Shown here: piece after piece, positions 39,042 through 47,151 of the stretch
How positions within the stretch are numbered: position 1 is the stretch's first letter
How the letters are laid out: the number at the start of each line of letters is the position of its first letter
From: Candidatus Poribacteria bacterium
Lineage (GTDB): Bacteria > Poribacteria > WGA-4E > WGA-3G
NCBI GenBank assembly: GCA_965242965.1
Contig: OZ251518.1
Coordinates: forward strand, 2,464,001-2,528,000
Length of the DNA: 64,000 nucleotides
Direction: 5' to 3'
Made by a program: the position numbers and the translations under genes
Notes under the pieces: generated by a model
The model's input: only the letters and a program-made list of their open reading frames with translations
Databases searched by the model: none
Told to the model about the DNA's origin: nothing

Positions 39042-39182
39042 TTGAAAAAATTCCTGATCTATAGCCTCATCATCGTGCTAGGTTGTCTGGTGCTCTATGC
39101 GAAGTATAAAGGGATCCCTATCATAGACAAGATTGTTCTACCGATTTTGGAATGGCTTGCCAAACTGGTGAGGGCCCTATAA
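39042..39182 (+). CDS. Small 46-aa membrane peptide
   Basis: AAGGAG RBS then TTG; 'KKFLIYSLIIVLGCLVLYAKYKG' TM segment followed by an amphipathic helix. Confidence 0.5.
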   Translation: MKKFLIYSLIIVLGCLVLYAKYKGIPIIDKIVLPILEWLAKLVRAL

Positions 39183-39399
39183 CCCACTCGTTCTTGAAAG
39201 TCTCAAATTCATGCGAATCCATGGATACGCTGAATCATATCTTGAAATGAGGTATTGGCTACAAGTTATCTCCAATGCACCTATGTAGTTGCCGAGCTCG
39301 CCTAATTCTGAACAGGTCAAACTCCGGCGAGTTTGACCTACAGACGCGAGACAAATCGACGTAATTCGGTATTACTAGAAAGGAGGTGGAAAAACTCAC

Positions 39400-39936
39400 G
39401 TGGAAAATGATCCAGTAAGCTTTGTCGAGTGGATGACAATCCTTATGAAAGCGCAAGAAGGATTAAGATTCCACTGGGAATTTTACACAACTGCATACCT
39501 CATCATGGTCGGCTGGTTGATGTCTATGGCAAAGAAGGGCTTAACTGTCCGCAATAAGTTGATCGTCACTGTAGTGTTCCTTCTTGTATCCGGTGGCTTT
39601 GTTAGCAATCTGAGGGACTATTTCTTGTTCTTAAATGCAGGATATAGACATTTAGAGGACAAGTTGCCCACCTATTTTAAGGTTGAAGAAGATTCATCTA
39701 ACAAGAAAGATGAATCTAGGAACATGGAAGATGAATTTCATGACATGTTTTCATACTACCGTTATGAAATTCCCGGTTATGGTGCGTTTGGCTTTTCAAT
39801 GATTTTGTTGATTTATCTGATCTGGTCTTTACCACCTGATAAATCAGAAAAACGATTGAGACGCAATTATAGGCCTCATCGGGTGAGAGAGGGCACAAAG
39901 CACGTCTCGCAAAAACTACGAAACCGGTTGCGGTAG
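39400..39936 (+). CDS. Hypothetical 3-TM membrane protein in an AT-richer segment
   Basis: 178 aa; AAGGAGG RBS and GTG start; three hydrophobic stretches. Confidence 0.7.
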   Translation: MENDPVSFVEWMTILMKAQEGLRFHWEFYTTAYLIMVGWLMSMAKKGLTVRNKLIVTVVFLLVSGGFVSNLRDYFLFLNAGYRHLEDKLPTYFKVEEDSSNKKDESRNMEDEFHDMFSYYRYEIPGYGAFGFSMILLIYLIWSLPPDKSEKRLRRNYRPHRVREGTKHVSQKLRNRLR

Positions 39937-40083
39937 TTATGAGGAAGTTTTACATTTGCGGTAGGGAATTTGCCGAACGTCAACGGCAAACTCTCCTGCC
40001 TCAATCCAGCCAAGCAGTTGGGCATAACTTGTGATTCCGACAGACGAGACATGGGCGGGCACACGAGCCCGCATCACAACCTC

Positions 40084-40220
40084 CGTAGGCGCAGTTGCAA
40101 ACCGCGCATACCGGTGAGTTACCGTAGGGCGAGGGCCTGTCCCTCGCCTTGCATCAAAATCCGAATGAGGGTGGATGTCCATATCCGCCCTCTTCAGTAG
40201 GAGGGACCTCCTGGTCCCGA
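40084..40220. repeat. REP-like palindromes
   Basis: GTAGGCGCAGTTGCAAACCGCGC, GTAGGGCGAGGGCCTGTCCCTCGCC and GTAGGAGGGACCTCCTGGTCCC. Confidence 0.75.
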
Positions 40221-40242
40221 CAACAACAAGGAGAAATCTATC

Positions 40243-41871
40243 ATGAAAAAAATGACGCTTTTAACCTTAACGCTGGTGTTGACAGCGGCGATGGCACTAA
40301 CACCCGCCACCGCACAACAATACGTCCATACCGACACCCTGACAGGACACACAAAATCTGTCGAGGGGATAGCCTTCAAGGATAACGGGACACTCATCAG
40401 TGGGAGTCGGGACGACACTCTCCGTGCCTGGGATGTTACCACCGGCACACAACGCTGGGAACAGGATGTCGGCGATTATGTCTACGCCGTTGCGCTCCCC
40501 TCGCATAACCCCCACTTCATCGCCTATGGTGGACCTGGTAATCATAACATTCGGATGCGCTATAGCGACGATGGCGACTGGCGCGGCGACGTGGCGGGGC
40601 ATACAAACAGTGTCTATAGCCTCGCCTTCAAACCGAACAGTTATCTGCTGGCGAGTGGGAGTGGTGACAATACCATCCGCATCTGGGATGTGGAGGACAG
40701 AGACAATCTGCGGCATGTGCGCACGCTGCGTGGGCATACGGGTAGTGTCCACTCGGTTGCGTGGAGTCCGGATGGTAGGACGCTGGCGAGTGCGAGTGAG
40801 GATGGCACGGTGCGGTTGTGGAATCCGAACAACGGCATCAACTTCGCCGTGCTGCGCGGGCACACGGAGGCGGTCAACTGCGTGGCGTGGAGTCCGGATG
40901 GCCGCATCCTCGCGAGTGGGAGTCGGGATGCCACTATCCGCCTCTGGAATCCCGATACGCACGGCACGCTGCGCGTGATGCGACTGCCACGTTTCGTGGG
41001 GTCCCGTGAGTTTGCGTTAGCGTTCCATCCGAATGGGGAGACGCTGGCGAGTGGGAGTACGCCGCGTGGGGCAATCGGAGGCATCATCCGCCTCTGGGAT
41101 CCGAACACCGGTGTTCGCAAAGCCACGTTCAGGGGATACTACGGGTTCACGAACAATGGCTTAGCGTTTTCGCCGAATGGGCAGATTCTCGCGGGCAGAG
41201 GGCCCGGCAGCTACGACATCAGTTTGTGGCGGTTGCTCACGGTGGATGTGACAGGGAATGGTAAAATCAACGTGAACGATCTCGTGGAAGTGGCCAAAAA
41301 CTATGGGAAAACTGTCGGGGCTGGTGCAAACCGGAGGGCGGATGTTAATAACGATGGGAAGGTGGACATTGACGATTTCATTGCTGTGGCAAAGGCGGTG
41401 GACGCGGCCGCGGGTGCGCCTGCGTTGGCACAGGAAGACATCAAGACCGGGAGTCTACAGGCAGCAGATGTGCAACGGTGGATCCGTGATGCAAAGGCAG
41501 CAAACGCAGACCCGGCGGGAATCGCCGCGCTGGAACGGCTGCTGACCTCGCTCAGTAGGCGGGACCTCCCGGTCCCGAAGGAGACTGTCCTGCTCGCCAA
41601 CTATCCGAATCCGTTTAATCCGGAAACGTGGATACCGTACGAATTGGCAGAAGCAGCGGAGGTTCAGGTTTCCATCCACGCTGCAGATGGGACATTAGTC
41701 CGCGCTTTGGAATTAGGGCAGCGGTCTGCCGGCGTGTATCAGAGCCGCTCTCGCGCGGCGTATTGGGATGGCCGCAATGCACAGGGAGAGCCTGTTGCAA
41801 GCGGGGTCTATTTCTATACATTGACCGCGGGAGAATTCAAAGCTACCCGCAAGATGGTCATTCGGAAATAG
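40243..41871 (+). CDS. Secreted WD40-repeat protein with a dockerin-like segment and a C-terminal FlgD/T9SS-A-like sorting domain
   Basis: Signal peptide; about 7 'GH...V..VAWSPDG..LAS.S.D.T.RLW' repeats; 'DVTGNGKINVNDL...DVNNDGKVDIDD'; 'NYPNPFNPETWIPY...WDGRN..GE.VASGVYFY'. Confidence 0.9.
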   Translation: MKKMTLLTLTLVLTAAMALTPATAQQYVHTDTLTGHTKSVEGIAFKDNGTLISGSRDDTLRAWDVTTGTQRWEQDVGDYVYAVALPSHNPHFIAYGGPGNHNIRMRYSDDGDWRGDVAGHTNSVYSLAFKPNSYLLASGSGDNTIRIWDVEDRDNLRHVRTLRGHTGSVHSVAWSPDGRTLASASEDGTVRLWNPNNGINFAVLRGHTEAVNCVAWSPDGRILASGSRDATIRLWNPDTHGTLRVMRLPRFVGSREFALAFHPNGETLASGSTPRGAIGGIIRLWDPNTGVRKATFRGYYGFTNNGLAFSPNGQILAGRGPGSYDISLWRLLTVDVTGNGKINVNDLVEVAKNYGKTVGAGANRRADVNNDGKVDIDDFIAVAKAVDAAAGAPALAQEDIKTGSLQAADVQRWIRDAKAANADPAGIAALERLLTSLSRRDLPVPKETVLLANYPNPFNPETWIPYELAEAAEVQVSIHAADGTLVRALELGQRSAGVYQSRSRAAYWDGRNAQGEPVASGVYFYTLTAGEFKATRKMVIRK

Positions 41872-42012
41872 GCATCTGGGTTTCAGGGCGGATCTCTGTA
41901 TCCGCCCACCGCTTCCTTGTAATTCAAGATCAGGCGGTCTTGAGTTATAGATGCGAGACAATCCCACGTCATTTGGTATCACTACATCACATAGGGAGGC
42001 AGAAAACATCTG

Positions 42013-42420
42013 ATGGGCAAAAGGGTTACGGTTAAGACTCCGAAAGAACTTGGAAAAGCCTTGAAGGACAAGGCTGACGAGATTCTCATTGAAGGCGATC
42101 TGAAGAAAAAAGTGTTTCGGATTCGGGTTACAGGCAAGGTTGCTTGGCTGGTAGCCATCGGTGCTATCGCGGCGGCTGTGGCAGCAATCATTGCTTCAGG
42201 TGGACTTGCCTTGGTACCAGGCGCGGCATTGGCTACACCTGTCATCTGGGGATCAGGAGCGGCACTGGCTGCCCCTGCTGTTGGCATTCTAGGTTTTCCT
42301 ACTACCGTTGCTGCTATATCTATTGCGATTGCGGCAGGCGGTGTGGGTGCACTGAATAAGTTACGGAAATATAAAGTGGTTGAACGCGGCGAGAATCGGC
42401 TTGTGTTAAGGCGCAAGTAA
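42013..42420 (+). CDS. Hypothetical protein with a long Ala/Gly-rich hydrophobic hairpin
   Basis: 135 aa; GGGAGG RBS; basic N- and C-termini flank a ~70-aa apolar segment. Confidence 0.72.
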   Translation: MGKRVTVKTPKELGKALKDKADEILIEGDLKKKVFRIRVTGKVAWLVAIGAIAAAVAAIIASGGLALVPGAALATPVIWGSGAALAAPAVGILGFPTTVAAISIAIAAGGVGALNKLRKYKVVERGENRLVLRRK

Positions 42421-42549
42421 GGAAGTTCAACTTCTTCGGTTTTCACCGAGTGCAAGGGACAGGCCCTCGCACTACGGTAAATCGGATGACGTAAGGGACA
42501 GATTTCGATATCCGCCCCTTACGCTATCTAACTTGATAAGGAGTTTCAC

Positions 42550-42912
42550 ATGCCAGACGAAATTCAAACGGATGAGGAGGGCACCGTCCGGATTGATTAT
42601 GGCGAAGTCTTAAAGGCTGTAGCAGGGGGAGTGGTTGGCAGCGGCTTAATGAGTCTGACACCCATTGGTATCCTTCTCCCGATGTTTACTGCGTTGAAGG
42701 CCTTGCAAAAGCCTCAGCAGCCTAACCCTTCCAACATTGATAACATCCGCGAGATTATCAAAGCGGGCAAGGAACAAGGCGTTAAGGAGATGGAAATCAA
42801 AGTGGATAAGTCAATTGCAGGCAAAATTGACTTAAGTCTTCTTGAAGACCTAGGGGTTGACTTGGAGATCGAGCGTCAGAACATCACACGTATCAAGGTT
42901 AAATATGCGTGA
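42550..42912 (+). CDS. Hypothetical protein with a glycine-zipper-like hydrophobic segment
   Basis: 120 aa; AAGGAG RBS; 'AVAGGVVGSGLMSLTPIGILL'. Confidence 0.72.
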   Translation: MPDEIQTDEEGTVRIDYGEVLKAVAGGVVGSGLMSLTPIGILLPMFTALKALQKPQQPNPSNIDNIREIIKAGKEQGVKEMEIKVDKSIAGKIDLSLLEDLGVDLEIERQNITRIKVKYA

Positions 42913-42969
42913 GTTCTGCGCTGTTTCCATGCCTTCAAGCTGCCTCTATAAAGGAACCGTCTGTTTCAA

Positions 42970-43535
42970 CGTAGGGCGAGAGCCTTTGCGTCGCCCTGCA
43001 TCGAGCCGCCCCTGGGATGTGCATCGAGACCGGGAGATCTCTCCTACGCCTACGCCTGTGCCTCGCGATAGATCAAGCCACCCACCCTCACCGTAGGGCG
43101 AGGGCCTGTCCCTCGCCGTTCGCCGGTCGTGACAGCAAACGTCCGTGGCTTCTGGGCTGCGGACGTTTCTCGTTTCGGCTGAGAGATCGCGGGGGACAGG
43201 CCCCCGCGCTACGTTCCAAGCGACGTTTTTCGTTTGAATCGAACGTTCGCGGGGGACAGGCCCCCGCACTACGGTAAGAAAGCAGACATTGCCGCCTGAC
43301 ACGTAGGGCGAGGGCCTGTCCCTCGCCGTGCGCAGGTCGTGATAGCAAACGTCCGTGGCTTCTGGGCTTCGGACGTTTCTTGTTTCGGCGGAGAGATCGC
43401 GGGGGACAGGCCCCCGCGCTACGGGCAATAGGACATTCGCGTTGACAAGAACCCCTCATCTTGCTAATCCTATAAACCCTGTAAATCCTGCTTCAGACTA
43501 TTAACATCGCGGGGGACAGGCCCCCGCGCTACGGT
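42970..43535. repeat. REP/REPIN-like cluster with a duplicated ~120-bp unit
   Basis: GTAGGGCGAGGG hairpin, ~70-bp core and inverted CCCCCGCGCTAC hairpin at ~43092-43212 and ~43302-43422. Confidence 0.88.
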
Positions 43536-43605
43536 GATAAAGCAGCATTCCCTCGCCAAGAGCTCCTAATCCTACTAATCTCGTAAATCTTGTAAATCCT
43601 GCTTC

Positions 43606-45192
43606 TTATTTCTTACGGGAGGTTTTTGATAAAATTTCTGAACGGATTTTTAGGATATCTCGGTTTTCAGGGGCTTGCGCAGCCGCAGCTTCAATCTCAC
43701 GCCGGGCATCGGCGATGCGGTTGAGACGATAATAGACAAGCGCGAGTGTCGCCCGATGTGCCGGCCGTCCATCCAACGCGACGGCCGCTTTCGCAAGTTT
43801 GAGTGCCTCATCAAGGTTTCTGCCTTCTTCTGCGAAGAGCAAAGCGAGGGCATCCTTTGGAAAAGGCGCGTCCGGAGCGAGGTGGATGGCTCGGCGAAAG
43901 TCGCTTTCTGCACCGACGGTATCACCGCGCTTCCGACGCAGTTGCCCGCGCCGCCAATACCCCGGTGCCCATGTCGGTTCCTGTTGGATGCCTAGCGTCA
44001 AGGCATCTTCAGCCTCTTCTAAGTCACCTGATGCCTCGCGGAGCTGCGCGAGTTGAACGTAGGTATCCATGAAATGCGGCTCTTCACGAATCAGCGCGAG
44101 GAAGTGCGATGCCGCAGTATCGCGGTTTCCCGATTTAGCGGCTATCATGCCGAGGTGCAGCAGTGCCTGTCGCGATGCAGATTCTGCTGCGAGAACGCGA
44201 TGATACGTCTGCTTGGCTTCCTCTAACTTTCCGAGTTGCATCTGGACGTAGGCGTAATCTTTCATCGCAGGCATAAAAGTGGCATCTGCCTCTACTGCCT
44301 GCTGCAGCGGTGCTAATGCGCGCTGCGCCTGCCGTTTCTCAAGCAATCGATGCGCTTGGTGGAGATAGCCTTCGGCAAGCGTGCGCCGGTATCGCGCCTG
44401 CGCAGTTTCAGCACCCGACGTGTCACCGAGTTGAGAGAGGACACCCGCAAGTGCCTTGTGAAACCCAGGAACGTGTGGCGTGTGCTGGATAGCGCGTTGG
44501 TAAAAATCGCGCGCCACAGCGAATTGTCCGCGCTTTGCCGCGACTGAGCCGCGTCCGAAAGCCGCGCTTGCAAGCGTGCTATCTTGCGTCAGTGCCTCCC
44601 GAAAAACGGCATCCGCCTCGTCAAGCCGGTTCAACGTGAGGAGAACGTGTCCAAGGTTGTTATAGGCGGCGGTTGCGTCCGGATACAACTGCACCGTGAC
44701 GAGATAGTATCGGCGCGCCTTCTCCAGTTGACCGCGCTCGGTTTCAATCTGTCCCAAGGCGATATACCATGCCGGCGGCGCGTTTTCACCCGCGCTTGTG
44801 ATTGCTTTTTGGAACCACTCGTCAGCCTTCTCTAATGCTTTGTAACGATGATAAGCCGCGGCCAGTTTCGCCTGCAAATTCGGTTTGAGCGTTAAGCGTT
44901 CCGCTTGCGGCCTTTCAGTGAGCAGCTGCAAGGCGCGTTGAAAGGCGGCAATTGCACGCGGATAATCCTGCAATTTCACGGCGGCATCGCCTGCACCGAG
45001 GTGCGCTGGGATAAACATCGGCGCGCTTTTGGTGAGAGAGTCATATATTTGGAGAGCGTCCTCCCATTTCTCCGCTTGGAATGCACGATGCGCATCGGCG
45101 AGTAGCTGCTGTGGGGAATCCGCCGCGGCGGTGCAGAGTCCCAAGGCCAAAATCAGGAAACAGGTGCGCGCGAGAGGTAACAGGTTAGTCAT
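43606..45192 (-). CDS. Exported tetratricopeptide-repeat (TPR) protein
   Basis: Signal peptide; many TPR units such as 'AYNNLGHVLLTLNRLDEADAVFREAL'. Confidence 0.9.
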   Translation of the reverse strand: MTNLLPLARTCFLILALGLCTAAADSPQQLLADAHRAFQAEKWEDALQIYDSLTKSAPMFIPAHLGAGDAAVKLQDYPRAIAAFQRALQLLTERPQAERLTLKPNLQAKLAAAYHRYKALEKADEWFQKAITSAGENAPPAWYIALGQIETERGQLEKARRYYLVTVQLYPDATAAYNNLGHVLLTLNRLDEADAVFREALTQDSTLASAAFGRGSVAAKRGQFAVARDFYQRAIQHTPHVPGFHKALAGVLSQLGDTSGAETAQARYRRTLAEGYLHQAHRLLEKRQAQRALAPLQQAVEADATFMPAMKDYAYVQMQLGKLEEAKQTYHRVLAAESASRQALLHLGMIAAKSGNRDTAASHFLALIREEPHFMDTYVQLAQLREASGDLEEAEDALTLGIQQEPTWAPGYWRRGQLRRKRGDTVGAESDFRRAIHLAPDAPFPKDALALLFAEEGRNLDEALKLAKAAVALDGRPAHRATLALVYYRLNRIADARREIEAAAAQAPENRDILKIRSEILSKTSRKK

Positions 45193-45916
45193 CGTTGTCG
45201 TCGTCCGTGGGCGGTTTCAATTTCGCCCGTGCCAATTCGGCATCTAAAATGAGCCAATTGCCTTCATTTTTCCGTTCAGTGAGCCATGCGTCAAAATCGG
45301 CTTTTGCCTTCTGTTGGCGGCACCGTTCTAGGAGCTCCTCTTCTACTTCTGCATATTCGCTTGGGTTTCCATCGGCATCCTTAAACTCATCCTGATGCTG
45401 TTTAAAATAGTCAAGAGCCATTTTCTCAATCTCGGCAGTGTTGACAGTGCGGACAAATTTACGGCGGAAGAGGGCATCGACAACAAGGCGTGCATACACC
45501 CACGCCTTCACAGAGACGATTTCCAATCCGTTCTCTTGCAAGACTCGGTGGAATTCTGCCTCGGATGGAAATGTTGTCGCGATAGCCTGCAGCTGTGCTG
45601 CAACCTGCGCTCTGTAATTGCTATCCGAAATGGGGCGCGCGATATCGTTTGCATCAGACGTGACGACACCGATGCGTGCCGCTTCCAAAAGCGCGAATTT
45701 CCGCGCGATAAGCGTATCCAAGACAGCGCGTCTGTCAAAAACAGTCGGCTCAGGCGGATAGGATATCCCGGTAACCGCGGCGATGCGGAATTCGTCTTCT
45801 AGTTCGATTTGCGTGATGGCGTGCCCTTCTACCACTGCAATTACCGACTCGATGCGCGTTTGCGCGTGCACCGTTCCGAGCAACAACAGGAAAAAAAGAG
45901 GGAGGTAATGTTTCAT
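45185..45916 (-). CDS. SurA N-terminal-domain-like periplasmic chaperone, with no clear PPIase domain
   Basis: Signal peptide; 'IESVIAVVEGHAITQIEL', 'VLDTLI', 'F...LQENGL'; start ATG 45916. Confidence 0.65.
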   Translation of the reverse strand: MKHYLPLFFLLLLGTVHAQTRIESVIAVVEGHAITQIELEDEFRIAAVTGISYPPEPTVFDRRAVLDTLIARKFALLEAARIGVVTSDANDIARPISDSNYRAQVAAQLQAIATTFPSEAEFHRVLQENGLEIVSVKAWVYARLVVDALFRRKFVRTVNTAEIEKMALDYFKQHQDEFKDADGNPSEYAEVEEELLERCRQQKAKADFDAWLTERKNEGNWLILDAELARAKLKPPTDDDNDD

Positions 45917-45920
45917 GTTT

Positions 45921-47090
45921 TTAGCGCGGATTCCTCGGTGTGAGCCAGGCTTCATCAATTTTCAATCCGAGCCCGGGGCCGTCGTTCGGCGCGATATAAC
46001 TCTCTTCTGGAAGAGATTCTCCCTCAAACCGCTTGGTTTCCTCCAGTGGAACGCCGGGTGGGGTGCCGAGGTAGTATTCAACCCACGGCGTATTCGGCAT
46101 GGCGGCAGAGAGATGCAGTCCGGATTGCCGTAAGCCACCGCCGTGAAAAATGACGGTAATCCCCGCCGCATCGGCTATATGACAGATTTTGACGCACTCG
46201 GTTATGCCGCCTACCCAAAATGTGTCGGGTTGGAGGATATCCAAGCACCGCTTCTCAATAATCTGCAGAAAGGGGAAGCGGGTGTAGTGATGCTCGCCGC
46301 TTGCCAACGATACCCAATCGACTGCTTCTCTGACCTTGACGAGGCCGTCAATATCCTCTGGCATGAGGAATTCCTCAATCCATTTGAGGCGATAGGGACG
46401 GAGGCGTTGTGCCAAGCGGATGGTGTAATCCACATCAAACGCCATGTAGCAATCCAACATGATTTCAACGTCGTCGCCTACTGTCTCCCGCGTCTTCGCG
46501 ACGAGTTTCTCGTTCTCTTTCAGGCCCCACGCGCCATCTGCGGGGCCGTAAGGGCACGCCAATTTCACCGCTTTGAACCCGAGCTCCAATTGCCAGTCCG
46601 TATCGTTGCCGGTGGCGTAGGCGAAGAGTTTCTCGCGCACCGGGCCGCCGAGGAGTTCGTAAACCGGCTGGTTCTTAATCTTGCCGTTCAGATCCCACAG
46701 CGCGATATCAATGCCGCTCATCGCGCAACTGGTGAGGCCCTGAGAACCGTAGGGTTTTGACATGCGGAACATCATGTCCCAAATCTTTTCGACAGCAAAG
46801 CAGTTTTCGCCTATCAGCATCGGCGCGAAATGTTCGTCAATAATCGCCGCAACCGGGGTGCCGAAGGAAGTTTCGCCGATGCCCCAGGTCCCGTCTTCCG
46901 CCGTGACTTTCACGTAGACAGTGTCCCACTTCGGCATCCAGCTGGAACGGTGCCGTTTGTATTTAGGGTAGCGCGACATCGGGTTCGCCACTTCGGCGTG
47001 CACGTTCCACGGCTCGCGCCGAGGTGGAGTGCGCTGGCCCTCGCGCGAGGGAACGTTAATTCGGACTGTTTGGATGTCTCTGATTTTCAT
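45921..47090 (-). CDS. L-rhamnonate dehydratase-like enolase-superfamily enzyme
   Basis: 'ANPMSRYP.Y...RSSW', 'SGIDIALWDL', 'YATG', 'MLDCYM', 'WIEE', 'GEHHYT', 'LQPD..WVGG'. Confidence 0.85.
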   Translation of the reverse strand: MKIRDIQTVRINVPSREGQRTPPRREPWNVHAEVANPMSRYPKYKRHRSSWMPKWDTVYVKVTAEDGTWGIGETSFGTPVAAIIDEHFAPMLIGENCFAVEKIWDMMFRMSKPYGSQGLTSCAMSGIDIALWDLNGKIKNQPVYELLGGPVREKLFAYATGNDTDWQLELGFKAVKLACPYGPADGAWGLKENEKLVAKTRETVGDDVEIMLDCYMAFDVDYTIRLAQRLRPYRLKWIEEFLMPEDIDGLVKVREAVDWVSLASGEHHYTRFPFLQIIEKRCLDILQPDTFWVGGITECVKICHIADAAGITVIFHGGGLRQSGLHLSAAMPNTPWVEYYLGTPPGVPLEETKRFEGESLPEESYIAPNDGPGLGLKIDEAWLTPRNPR

Positions 47091-47151
47091 CTTCGTCTCC
47101 TTTTTTTTAGGACGCGGAACCGCTTGTGACGGCATTATCTTTTTTCGCAGA

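Noticed and set aside
43606-47090. TPR, SurA-like and dehydratase genes as part of the tubulin/Hsp70 system
   Set aside because: They are co-oriented and close, but the sugar-acid dehydratase separates them from the cluster and no functional link is visible; synteny data would be needed.
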